Assembly: GCA_964554195.1 (NCBI GenBank)
Contig: CAZKNK010000001.1
Coordinates: 18,174 to 82,173 of the forward strand
Length of the DNA: 64,000 nt
DNA from: an uncultured Staphylococcus sp.
GTDB taxonomy: Bacteria; Bacteroidota; Bacteroidia; Bacteroidales; Muribaculaceae
Reading direction: 5' to 3'
The notes under the pieces were generated by a model. It did no database searches. It had not been told where the DNA came from and saw nothing but the letters and a program-made list of their open reading frames with translations. Shown in pieces: positions 9,992 to 18,973 of this stretch; the stretch's first letter is position 1, and every line of letters starts with the position of its first letter. The position numbers were made by a program, and so were the translations under genes.

Positions 9992-10855
9992 ATGGCAAAT
10001 CAATCCGACAATTCCGCCAAACCGCTGAAATCCGGTTCTAACGATAACTTCGATAATAAAGGCTCTGAAAAAGCCATGCCCGGCGAAAAACGCAAGGCAA
10101 GCCAAAACTCATCATTCGACCTTAACGGCCTGATAAACAATCTGTCTGAAAATGAACACAAAAAAAGTTCGGCAGGCAAAATCATCATAGCAGTCGCCGC
10201 AACACTCATAGCCATAATCTGCTTCATTGGTCTGAAGAACTGCAACCATTCAGATGAAACAGACGTTCTGGCCGATACCATTGTTCCCGTTGAAGAAGTA
10301 TTGCCGGAACCCGAACCGGACCTGATCACCGACATACGATCTGACCCCGACACAGAAGCGAAGGGTTCAGACAACGCTGAGAAATTGATTCCTGTCACCA
10401 CACCAAATATTGAAGAAATCAGTACGGACGATAAACCTAACGGCGCTTCAGATGAGAAATATAAAACTCCGGAAATCAAAGAAGTGGTGGTTGAAACTCC
10501 CCCCACGGAGAAACCCGTTGAGAAAAAGATGGATGACAACAAGGTTTATGATGTCCCTGATATCAAACCACAATTTCCGGGAGGTGACACCGGTCTCTAT
10601 AAATATCTTGGCGAACATATCATCTATCCTGTCGAAGCCCAGGAAGAAGGAATTTCCGGACGAGTTGTGGTGCAATTTGTAGTCACCAAGGAAGGAAAGG
10701 TCGGAGATGTAAAGGTGTTAAGAGGCAAACATCCGGCCCTTGACAAAGAAGCTGTCAGAGTGGTTAAATCACTACCCGCGTTTAAACCCGGTTTGGTGAG
10801 CGGACATCCTGTCAACTGTTGGTACACACTTCCAATCACATTCCGACTCCAATAA
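9992..10855 (+). CDS. Single-TM protein with TonB C-terminal domain (energy transducer TonB family)
   Basis: TM IIIAVAATLIAIICFIGL; Pro/Glu-rich linker; PQFPGG...YPVEAQEEGISGRVVVQFVV...LDKEAVRVV...YTLPITFRL. Confidence 0.85.
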   Translation: MANQSDNSAKPLKSGSNDNFDNKGSEKAMPGEKRKASQNSSFDLNGLINNLSENEHKKSSAGKIIIAVAATLIAIICFIGLKNCNHSDETDVLADTIVPVEEVLPEPEPDLITDIRSDPDTEAKGSDNAEKLIPVTTPNIEEISTDDKPNGASDEKYKTPEIKEVVVETPPTEKPVEKKMDDNKVYDVPDIKPQFPGGDTGLYKYLGEHIIYPVEAQEEGISGRVVVQFVVTKEGKVGDVKVLRGKHPALDKEAVRVVKSLPAFKPGLVSGHPVNCWYTLPITFRLQ

Positions 10856-10895
10856 GCATAACAGATACAATCACCTTATAATCACACCCTACACC

Positions 10896-12059
10896 ATGAT
10901 TAAACTCCTATCCGTTGCCGCCTGCGCCGGACTCATGATGAGTCTTGCCGGTTGCCGCAACGCGGGTCATGAAACAAATCTGACCAAATCGGGGCTGAAT
11001 CCCGAAAAGTTTATTGCCGAATATCGCGGCGACTCCACTGCACTCTACACCCTCACAAACTCAAAAGGTGCCGAAGCCTGCATCACAAACTTCGGCGGCA
11101 GACTGGTCTCACTCATGATGCCTGACCGCAACGGCGAGTTGCGTGACGTGGTGCTTGGATTTGACAGCATTCAAGCCTATTTTCCTGAAAACAACCTGAC
11201 CGACTTCGGAGCATCAGTAGGGCGTGTGGCCAACCGCATCAACGGCGGCCGCTTCGTCATTGACGGTGACACCGTTCAGCTTCCGCGCAACAACTTCGGC
11301 CACAGTCTGCACGGCGGCGGAGAAATGGGGGATATGGGTTGGCAATATCGCACCTATAAAGCCGAGCAGACCAACGACTCCACACTTGTGCTGACCATGC
11401 ACTCACCCGACGGTGACAACAATTATCCCGGCAATGTCACCGCCACGGTCACCTACACCCTTCTTGGTGACAACTCGCTCGACATCAGCTATACGGCAGT
11501 CACCGACCGCCCTACCATAGTCAACCTGACCAATCACTCCTACTTTAACCTCTCGGGGAATCCCACCGCCCCGGTGACCGATCACACGTTACGCATCGCC
11601 GCCTCCGGCTTCACCCCGGTTGACTCCACCTACATGACAACAGGCGAAATCCTGCCGACAGCCGGGACACCGTTTGACTTCCTCTCGGCACGCTCCATCG
11701 GCCAATACATTACCGACTTCACTGACGAGCAAATCAAAAACGGCAACGGCTATGACCATAACTTCGTTCTTGACACCGCAAGCGACATCACCCTCCCCGC
11801 CGCCGAGCTTTACAGCTCAGCTTCAGGAATATTGATGGAAGTGTTTACGGATGAACCGGGGCTTCAGGTTTACTCCGGAAACTTCCTTGACGGCACGGTG
11901 ACAGGAAAAAAATCAGTAGCCTACGGTCAGCACTCCGGCATCTGCCTTGAGACCCAACACTTCCCCGACAGCCCCAACAAACCGCAGTGGCCGAGCGTCA
12001 GACTCGACCCCGGACAGACCTACACCTCACACTGCATCTATAAATTCTCCACAAAATAA
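10896..12059 (+). CDS. galM: Aldose 1-epimerase (mutarotase), lipoprotein; AraM-like
   Basis: Lipobox LAGC; GRVANRI, SLHGG, NLTNHSYFNL, GYDHNF, CLETQHFPDSPN. Confidence 0.92.
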   Translation: MIKLLSVAACAGLMMSLAGCRNAGHETNLTKSGLNPEKFIAEYRGDSTALYTLTNSKGAEACITNFGGRLVSLMMPDRNGELRDVVLGFDSIQAYFPENNLTDFGASVGRVANRINGGRFVIDGDTVQLPRNNFGHSLHGGGEMGDMGWQYRTYKAEQTNDSTLVLTMHSPDGDNNYPGNVTATVTYTLLGDNSLDISYTAVTDRPTIVNLTNHSYFNLSGNPTAPVTDHTLRIAASGFTPVDSTYMTTGEILPTAGTPFDFLSARSIGQYITDFTDEQIKNGNGYDHNFVLDTASDITLPAAELYSSASGILMEVFTDEPGLQVYSGNFLDGTVTGKKSVAYGQHSGICLETQHFPDSPNKPQWPSVRLDPGQTYTSHCIYKFSTK

Positions 12060-12077
12060 CACCTTAATTCTACTGTC

Positions 12078-13757
12078 ATGCAAATGTTAGACTGGCTGGT
12101 GATTGCCCTGTTCTCACTGGCTCTCATTGCAATAATCATCTGGGTATTGCGACAGAAACAGGAAAATGCCGATGACTACTTTCTCGGCGGAAAAGACGCC
12201 ACATGGCTTGCAATAGGCGCATCAATCTTCGCTTCAAACATCGGTTCGGAACACCTAATCGGCCTTGCCGGCTCCGGAGCATCGAGCGGAATGGCAATGG
12301 CCCACTGGGAAATTCAGGGTTGGCTGATACTCCTTTTAGGTTGGGTGTTTGTCCCGTTCTATACCCGCTCTATGGTCATCACCATGCCTGAGTTTCTGGA
12401 ACGCCGCTTCAACCCGCAGTCGCGCACCATCCTCTCGGTCATCTCACTGATAAGCTATGTGTTGACCAAAGTGGCCGTCACGGTCTATGCCGGCGGACTT
12501 GTGTTTCAGCAAGTGTTCGGCATCGACACCCTCTGGGGCATCGACTTCTTCTGGATTGCCGCCATCGGGCTTGTACTCCTCACGGCAGTCTACACAATAG
12601 TTGGCGGTATGAAATCCGTACTTTACACCTCAATCCTCCAGACCCCTATCCTGCTGCTCGGTTCGGTTATCATTCTTGTACTCGGACTCAAGGAACTCGG
12701 CGGATGGGATGAAATGATGCGTATCTGCTCCGCCGTCGAGGTAAACGAGTATGGCGACTCCATGACAAGCCTTATCCGCGACAACCGTGACCCCAACTTC
12801 CCCTGGCTCGGCGCCTTTATCGGCTCGGCTGTGATAGGATTCTGGTATTGGTGTACCGACCAGTTCATTGTGCAGCGTGTGCTTTCGGGCAAGAATGAGC
12901 GTGAAGCCCGCCGAGGCACCATTTTCGGAGCCTATCTGAAGCTTCTCCCTGTGTTTCTGTTCCTCATTCCCGGCATGATAGCCTTTGCTCTCCATCAGAA
13001 ACTCGGCTCCTTCCTCCCGATGCTCCCTGACGGCCTCCCCAACAGCGACGCCGCCTTCCCCACCCTCGTTGCCAAGCTTCTGCCGGCGGGAGTCAAGGGA
13101 CTGATAGTTTGCGGTATTCTGGCTGCCCTGATGAGTTCACTCGCATCGCTGTTCAACTCCTCAGCCGCCCTGTTCACCATTGACTTCTATAAACGCTTCA
13201 AGCCTCAGACCCCGCCCAAAAAACTTGTGGCGATAGGTCAGGCCGCTACGGTGGTAATAGTGATTCTCGGTATACTCTGGATTCCGGTGATGCGCTCCGT
13301 TGGTGATGTTCTTTACCTGTATCTCCAGGATGTGCAGTCGGTTCTCGCACCGGGCATCGCCTCCGCATTCATAATGGGAATAGTGTGGAAGCGCACCTCG
13401 GCTCAGGGCGGAATGTGGGGACTGATCACCGGCCTTGTCATAGGCTGCACCCGCTTAGGTGCCAAGATTTTCTACAGCAACGCGGCAGCTCCCGCTGAAA
13501 GTTGGTTCAAATACATGTTCTATGACAGCAACTGGCTCTTCTTCTGCGGATGGATGCTGTTCTTCTGCCTTGCCGTGGTTTTTGTGGTGAGCTTATGCAC
13601 CCCCGCACCGGATCCGGCCAAGATTCAGGGTCTTGTATTCGGCACATCCACACCCGAGCAGCGTCTTGCCACCCGCCGTAGCTGGAACGGATGGGACGTG
13701 TTTCACACCGTGGTCATCCTCTGCATCACAGCCGCCTTCTATCATTACTTCTGGTAA
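12078..13757 (+). CDS. Sodium:solute symporter (SSS family), probable arabinose transporter
   Basis: DYFLGG, ASNIGSEH, WYWCTDQFIVQRVL, AALMSSL; many TM helices; in the ara operon. Confidence 0.9.
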   Translation: MQMLDWLVIALFSLALIAIIIWVLRQKQENADDYFLGGKDATWLAIGASIFASNIGSEHLIGLAGSGASSGMAMAHWEIQGWLILLLGWVFVPFYTRSMVITMPEFLERRFNPQSRTILSVISLISYVLTKVAVTVYAGGLVFQQVFGIDTLWGIDFFWIAAIGLVLLTAVYTIVGGMKSVLYTSILQTPILLLGSVIILVLGLKELGGWDEMMRICSAVEVNEYGDSMTSLIRDNRDPNFPWLGAFIGSAVIGFWYWCTDQFIVQRVLSGKNEREARRGTIFGAYLKLLPVFLFLIPGMIAFALHQKLGSFLPMLPDGLPNSDAAFPTLVAKLLPAGVKGLIVCGILAALMSSLASLFNSSAALFTIDFYKRFKPQTPPKKLVAIGQAATVVIVILGILWIPVMRSVGDVLYLYLQDVQSVLAPGIASAFIMGIVWKRTSAQGGMWGLITGLVIGCTRLGAKIFYSNAAAPAESWFKYMFYDSNWLFFCGWMLFFCLAVVFVVSLCTPAPDPAKIQGLVFGTSTPEQRLATRRSWNGWDVFHTVVILCITAAFYHYFW

Positions 13758-13801
13758 AAGGCCAATCTCATAATCAACCGAAATATAAATGAATTTCAAA
13801 T

Positions 13802-14491
13802 ATGCTCGAAAAACTGAAACAAGAGGTGTGTGAAGCCAACCTCGAACTTGTGGCTCACGGACTCGTCATCTTCACTTGGGGAAACGTTTCCGGCATTGAC
13901 CGGGACAAGGGCCTCGTGGTCATCAAACCGTCAGGAGTCAGCTATGACAACATGACGCCTGATGACATGGTGGTGGTTGACCTCGCAACCGGAAATGTGG
14001 TGGAAGGCACTCTCCGTCCCTCCTCCGACACCCCCACCCATCTGGCTCTCTACCGTGCTTTTCCTGAAATAGGCGGAATAGTCCACACTCATTCCACCTA
14101 TGCTACCGCATGGGCGCAGACCGGCAAAGAGATTCCTAATATCGGAACCACTCACGCCGACTATTTCCACGATGCCATTCCCTGCACGCGCCCGATGACA
14201 GCTGCCGAAGTGCGCGGTGACTACGAACTGGAAACCGGTAACGTGATCGTAGAGACTTTCCGGAACATCAATCCTATCCATACCCCCGGGGTACTTGTCG
14301 GCAACCACGGACCCTTCACATGGGGCAAATCACCGGCCGAGGCAGTGCATAATGCCGTGGTTCTCGAGCAGGTTGCCAAGATGGCGTTCATATCCTTCAC
14401 CGTAAATCCGCAGCTTACCATGAATCCGCTCCTTGTTGAAAAACACTTCAACCGCAAGCATGGTCCGGGAGCATATTACGGTCAGGGCTGA
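13802..14491 (+). CDS. araD: L-ribulose-5-phosphate 4-epimerase
   Basis: [38 protein letters not shown]. Confidence 0.96.
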   Translation: MLEKLKQEVCEANLELVAHGLVIFTWGNVSGIDRDKGLVVIKPSGVSYDNMTPDDMVVVDLATGNVVEGTLRPSSDTPTHLALYRAFPEIGGIVHTHSTYATAWAQTGKEIPNIGTTHADYFHDAIPCTRPMTAAEVRGDYELETGNVIVETFRNINPIHTPGVLVGNHGPFTWGKSPAEAVHNAVVLEQVAKMAFISFTVNPQLTMNPLLVEKHFNRKHGPGAYYGQG

Positions 14492-14548
14492 CATCATCAT
14501 TCCGAAATTTTTTAAAACAACAAAACCTCAACTATCAATACCGAATCT

Positions 14549-16078
14549 ATGTTTGAAAATTATGAAATCTGGTGGGTCACCGGCGCCCAGCTCCTTTATG
14601 GAGGCGATGCCGTGGTGAAAGTCGACGCTCATTCACGCGAAATGGTCGACGGACTTAACAAGTCAGGCAACCTGCCCGTAAAAGTGGTATATAAAGGAAC
14701 AGCCAACTCATCAAAAGAGGTGACCGACATCATGCTCGCTGCCAACAGCGACCCACGTTGTGCCGGCATAATAACATGGATGCACACATTCTCACCCGCT
14801 AAAATGTGGATCCGCGGACTTCAGCTGCTCAACAAGCCCCTTCTCCACTTCCACACTCAGTTTAACGCCGAAATCCCCTGGGCCGACATGGATATGGACT
14901 TCATGAACCTGAACCAGAGCGCCCACGGTGACCGCGAGTTCGGCCACATCTGCACCCGCATGAGGCTGCGCCGCAAAGTGGTGGTGGGACATTGGACCGA
15001 CGTCAAAGCACAGAAGAAAATCGCCGTATGGGAGCGCGTGGCCGTGGCATGGGCCGATGCCCAGGATTGCCTCATACTCCGTTTTGGCGACCAAATGAAC
15101 AATGTGGCCGTCACCGACGGCGATAAAGTTGAAGCCGAACAGCGCTTAGGCTATCACGTGGACTATGTTCCGGTCAGCTCCCTGATGGAATATCACAAAA
15201 AAATCTCCGACGCAGATATTCAGGCCCTTGTCGACACATATTTCAATGAATATGTAGTGGCCGATGACCTGAAGGACCCCGCAACGGAGGGCTACCGTAA
15301 GATCTGGAATTCCGCACATGCCGAACTCACCCTCCGCGCCATACTGAAGGACAAAGGAGCCAAAGGCTTCACCACCAACTTCGATGACCTCGGTACAGCC
15401 GACATCAACGACCCCAAATTCGTCGGATTTGACCAGATTCCGGGTCTTGCTTCCCAACGCCTTATGGCCGAAGGTTATGGCTTCGGAGCCGAGGGTGACT
15501 GGAAAAGCGCAGCCCTTTACCGCACGGTTTGGGTCATGTCGGAGGGAAAAGGATGCTCATTCCTCGAGGACTATACCCTCAACTTTGACGGCGACAACAG
15601 TTCAATCCTTCAGGCCCACATGCTCGAAGTGTGTCCGCTCATAGCGGAGGAAAAACCTCGCCTCGAGGTTCACTATCTCGGCATCGGTATCCGCAAGAGC
15701 CTGACTGCCCGACTGGTGTTCACATCACGTCCCGGCAAGGGAATCACCGCAACGGTCATCGACCTCGGCAACCGTTTCCGTCTGATAGCCAACGACGTGG
15801 AGTGTATCAAATCAAAACCGCTCCCCAAACTCCCCGTAGCATCGGCGCTCTGGATTCCGATGCCTGACTTCGAAACCGGTGCCGCAGCATGGATTATTGC
15901 CGGAGGTACACATCACTCATGCTTCTCCTACGAACTCACACCGGAATATTGGGAGGATTATGCTGAAATAGCCGGCATAGAACTGGCTCACATAGATGCC
16001 TCAACCACTCTTCCCGACTTCAAGAATCTCCTTAACTGGAACGAAGTCTATTATATGCTCAACAAGTCACTCCGCTAA
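14549..16078 (+). CDS. araA: L-arabinose isomerase
   Basis: WMHTFSPAKMWI, NLNQSAHGDREFG, GFGAEGDWK, AHMLEVCP, AGGTHH. Confidence 0.97.
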   Translation: MFENYEIWWVTGAQLLYGGDAVVKVDAHSREMVDGLNKSGNLPVKVVYKGTANSSKEVTDIMLAANSDPRCAGIITWMHTFSPAKMWIRGLQLLNKPLLHFHTQFNAEIPWADMDMDFMNLNQSAHGDREFGHICTRMRLRRKVVVGHWTDVKAQKKIAVWERVAVAWADAQDCLILRFGDQMNNVAVTDGDKVEAEQRLGYHVDYVPVSSLMEYHKKISDADIQALVDTYFNEYVVADDLKDPATEGYRKIWNSAHAELTLRAILKDKGAKGFTTNFDDLGTADINDPKFVGFDQIPGLASQRLMAEGYGFGAEGDWKSAALYRTVWVMSEGKGCSFLEDYTLNFDGDNSSILQAHMLEVCPLIAEEKPRLEVHYLGIGIRKSLTARLVFTSRPGKGITATVIDLGNRFRLIANDVECIKSKPLPKLPVASALWIPMPDFETGAAAWIIAGGTHHSCFSYELTPEYWEDYAEIAGIELAHIDASTTLPDFKNLLNWNEVYYMLNKSLR

Positions 16079-16096
16079 ATCCATCCAACACGAAAT

Positions 16097-17698
16097 ATGC
16101 CTGAAAACGCAAAAGCAACCATAGAGTCAGGTGAAGCCATCCTCGGAATAGAGTTCGGCTCCACTCGAATCAAGGCAGTTCTGATAGACCGCAACAATAA
16201 CCCCATAGCCCAAGGCTCACATGAATGGGAAAACCAACTTGCCGACGGGCTATGGACCTACAGCCTTGAGGCCGTGTGGTTCGGACTTCAGGATTGCTAC
16301 CGCTCGCTGCGCGAGAATGTCCTGTCAACCTACGGGGTCGAGATAACCGATCTGGCCGCCATCGGCATCAGTGCCATGATGCACGGTTATCTGCCCTTTG
16401 ACCGCGAAGGACATCTGCTCACACAGTTCCGCACGTGGCGAAACACAAATACCGGTAAGTCTGCCGCACTGCTATCCAAGCTGTTTGACTACAATATCCC
16501 ACTCCGATGGAGCATTTCTCATCTCTGTCAGGCCATCCTCGACGATGAACCTCACGTGAGCGATATAGGCTTCATCACCACCCTGGCCGGCTACGTACAC
16601 TGGCAGCTGACCGGCCACAAGGTTATCGGTATAGGCGACGGAAGCGGGATGATGCCTATTGACCCGACCACCGGCAAATATTCGACCTCCATGATTGACA
16701 AATTTGACCGGCTTGTGGCCGACAGGAAACCGGGATGGAAACTCACCGACATTCTGCCCCGTATACTTGTTGCCGGACAGAATGCCGGCTCACTGACCGA
16801 GGAGGGCGCGCGGCGTCTCGACATCTCCGGCAATCTCCGTCACGGAATTCCTCTCTGCCCGCCTGAAGGTGATGCCGGGACAGGAATGGTGGCCACCAAC
16901 GCTGTGAAGCCACGCACCGGGAATGTTTCGGCCGGCACCTCTTCATTCTCCATGATAGTGCTTGAAAAGGAGCTGAGCCGCCCCTCTGAAATGATCGACA
17001 TGGTAACAACCCCTGACGGAAGTCCGGTGGCTATGGTTCACTGTAACAACTGCACCTCCGATCTCAACGCCTGGGTGGGAATGTTCCGTGAATTCACCTC
17101 ACTGATGGGTGTGGAGGCCGACATGGATGAAATCTATGGGCGACTATACAATCACGCCCTAACCGGCGAACCTGACTGCAACGGTATAGTGACCTTCAAC
17201 TACTTCTCCGGCGAACCGATAACGGGCCTGACCGAAGGACGTCCGCTGGTGATTCGTCCCGTCAACAAGCGTCTGACCTTAGCTGACTTCATGCGCGCCA
17301 ACCTCTATGCTTCGGTGGCTTGTCTTAAGATCGGCAATGACATTCTTTTCAACAAAGAGAAAATCAAGGTGGACCGCATCACGGCTCACGGCGGATTGTT
17401 CCGTACACCCGGAGTTGGGCAGCGCATTCTTGCAGCCGCACTTAATTCACCAATTTCCGTCATGGAGACAGCAGGTGAAGGCGGAGCGTGGGGCATGGCC
17501 CTTCTGGCCGGATTCATGGTCAATAATCATGACCGACGCTCGCTCGCCGACTATCTTGAAACGGTGGTTTTTGCCGGAAAAACAGGTCTGACCATATCGC
17601 CGACTGCCGAGGATGTGACCGGATTCAATGAGTATATCCGCAACTACATCGCCGCCTTACCGGTTGAAAAATCTGCCGTCAGCCACCACATTGTCTGA
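16097..17698 (+). CDS. araB: L-ribulokinase (FGGY carbohydrate kinase)
   Basis: LGIEFGSTRIKAVLI, PPEGDAGTGM, VHCNNCT, GEGGAWG; follows araA. Confidence 0.88.
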   Translation: MPENAKATIESGEAILGIEFGSTRIKAVLIDRNNNPIAQGSHEWENQLADGLWTYSLEAVWFGLQDCYRSLRENVLSTYGVEITDLAAIGISAMMHGYLPFDREGHLLTQFRTWRNTNTGKSAALLSKLFDYNIPLRWSISHLCQAILDDEPHVSDIGFITTLAGYVHWQLTGHKVIGIGDGSGMMPIDPTTGKYSTSMIDKFDRLVADRKPGWKLTDILPRILVAGQNAGSLTEEGARRLDISGNLRHGIPLCPPEGDAGTGMVATNAVKPRTGNVSAGTSSFSMIVLEKELSRPSEMIDMVTTPDGSPVAMVHCNNCTSDLNAWVGMFREFTSLMGVEADMDEIYGRLYNHALTGEPDCNGIVTFNYFSGEPITGLTEGRPLVIRPVNKRLTLADFMRANLYASVACLKIGNDILFNKEKIKVDRITAHGGLFRTPGVGQRILAAALNSPISVMETAGEGGAWGMALLAGFMVNNHDRRSLADYLETVVFAGKTGLTISPTAEDVTGFNEYIRNYIAALPVEKSAVSHHIV

Positions 17699-17713
17699 CC
17701 GGAACGGGTGGAT

Positions 17714-18964
17714 TCAATCCCGATCGGGATTAGGCGACCAAAGATAAAGTTTGTCGGAGGGACGGATTTTCTGAGGGACCTTAATGGAAAAATGCTGTCC
17801 GCGAGTAACTGTGGCCACCGGTTTGAGATCAACCCTCATCTCATCTACAGTCATGATTATGGCACCGGTTGTAGGACCCGTAATTACTATTTCATCGCCG
17901 GCATTGAGTTCACCACTCTCCACCACGAACTCACCTACACCGATATTCGGGAAATATCTGACTCCTTTAGCCACATAGCGCTTGGTGCGTGTGGCTGAGG
18001 AGCCATATTTTGAGGACCATTCACCCAAACGCTGTCCGAGATAATAGCCGTCCCAGAAACCACGGTTGAAAATCTTTTTCAGCTCAGTGTCCCATGCGGC
18101 GATCTTCTCCTCGGAATATGAACCGTCCACAATAGCCTCAAGCGCTTCGGAATAAGCCCTGACCGCTATGCTGACATACTCCGGACCACGGGCGCGTCCT
18201 TCGATTTTCAGCACCCTCACGCCGGCATCAATCATCTTGTTAAGGAAGTGGATGGTTTTAAGGTCCTTGGGCGACATGATATATTTGTTTTCAATATCAA
18301 GACTATCGCCCGTTTCGCGGTCGGTGACAGTGTAGGACCGACGGCATATCTGAGTGCATGCGCCACGATTGGCACTTGAATTCATCTCATGCAGGCTGAG
18401 ATAACATTTGCCGGACACCGCCATGCAGAGCGCTCCGTGACAGAACATTTCTATCCTCACCTGCTCGCCGGTCGGCCCGGTGATGTTCTCGTTTACAATG
18501 GCTTCGTGGATGCGACGCACCTGATCCAGATTAAGTTCCCGGGCCAGCACCACCACATCGGCATATCGGGCATAAAACCTCACGGCTTCGATGTTGGTGA
18601 TGTTGCACTGCGTGGAAATATGCACCTCCACTCCAACCGAGCGGGCATACTCTATGGCAGCGATGTCAGAGGCAATGATGGCCGAGATGTTGCTGTCACG
18701 GACGGCGTCAATTATCCTCCGTGCCGTCTCGAGGTCCTCATCATATAGGATAGTGTTGACTGTGAGATAGGATTTGACATTGGCTTCGGCGCAGATGGCC
18801 GAGATGCGGTGCAAGTCATCGAGAGTGAAGTTGACGCTTGAGCGAGAGCGCATGTTCAGCCCTTCCACTCCGAAGTATATGGCGTCGGCTCCGGCATTGA
18901 TTGCGGCATGGAGCGACTCGTAGCTCCCGACGGGAGCCATGATTTCAAAGTCTTTACGTGTCAT
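17714..18964 (-). CDS. Peptidase U32 family protein (RNA-hydroxylation type Fe-S protein)
   Basis: EIMAP, GADAIYFG, HGALCMAVSGKC...ANRGACTQICR, LKIEGR. Confidence 0.9.
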   Translation of the reverse strand: MTRKDFEIMAPVGSYESLHAAINAGADAIYFGVEGLNMRSRSSVNFTLDDLHRISAICAEANVKSYLTVNTILYDEDLETARRIIDAVRDSNISAIIASDIAAIEYARSVGVEVHISTQCNITNIEAVRFYARYADVVVLARELNLDQVRRIHEAIVNENITGPTGEQVRIEMFCHGALCMAVSGKCYLSLHEMNSSANRGACTQICRRSYTVTDRETGDSLDIENKYIMSPKDLKTIHFLNKMIDAGVRVLKIEGRARGPEYVSIAVRAYSEALEAIVDGSYSEEKIAAWDTELKKIFNRGFWDGYYLGQRLGEWSSKYGSSATRTKRYVAKGVRYFPNIGVGEFVVESGELNAGDEIVITGPTTGAIIMTVDEMRVDLKPVATVTRGQHFSIKVPQKIRPSDKLYLWSPNPDRD

Positions 18965-18973
18965 GACAGATTA

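Noticed and set aside
17708-17998. 96-aa plus-strand ORF after araB
   Set aside because: Lies antisense to the U32 gene and has no recognisable features.
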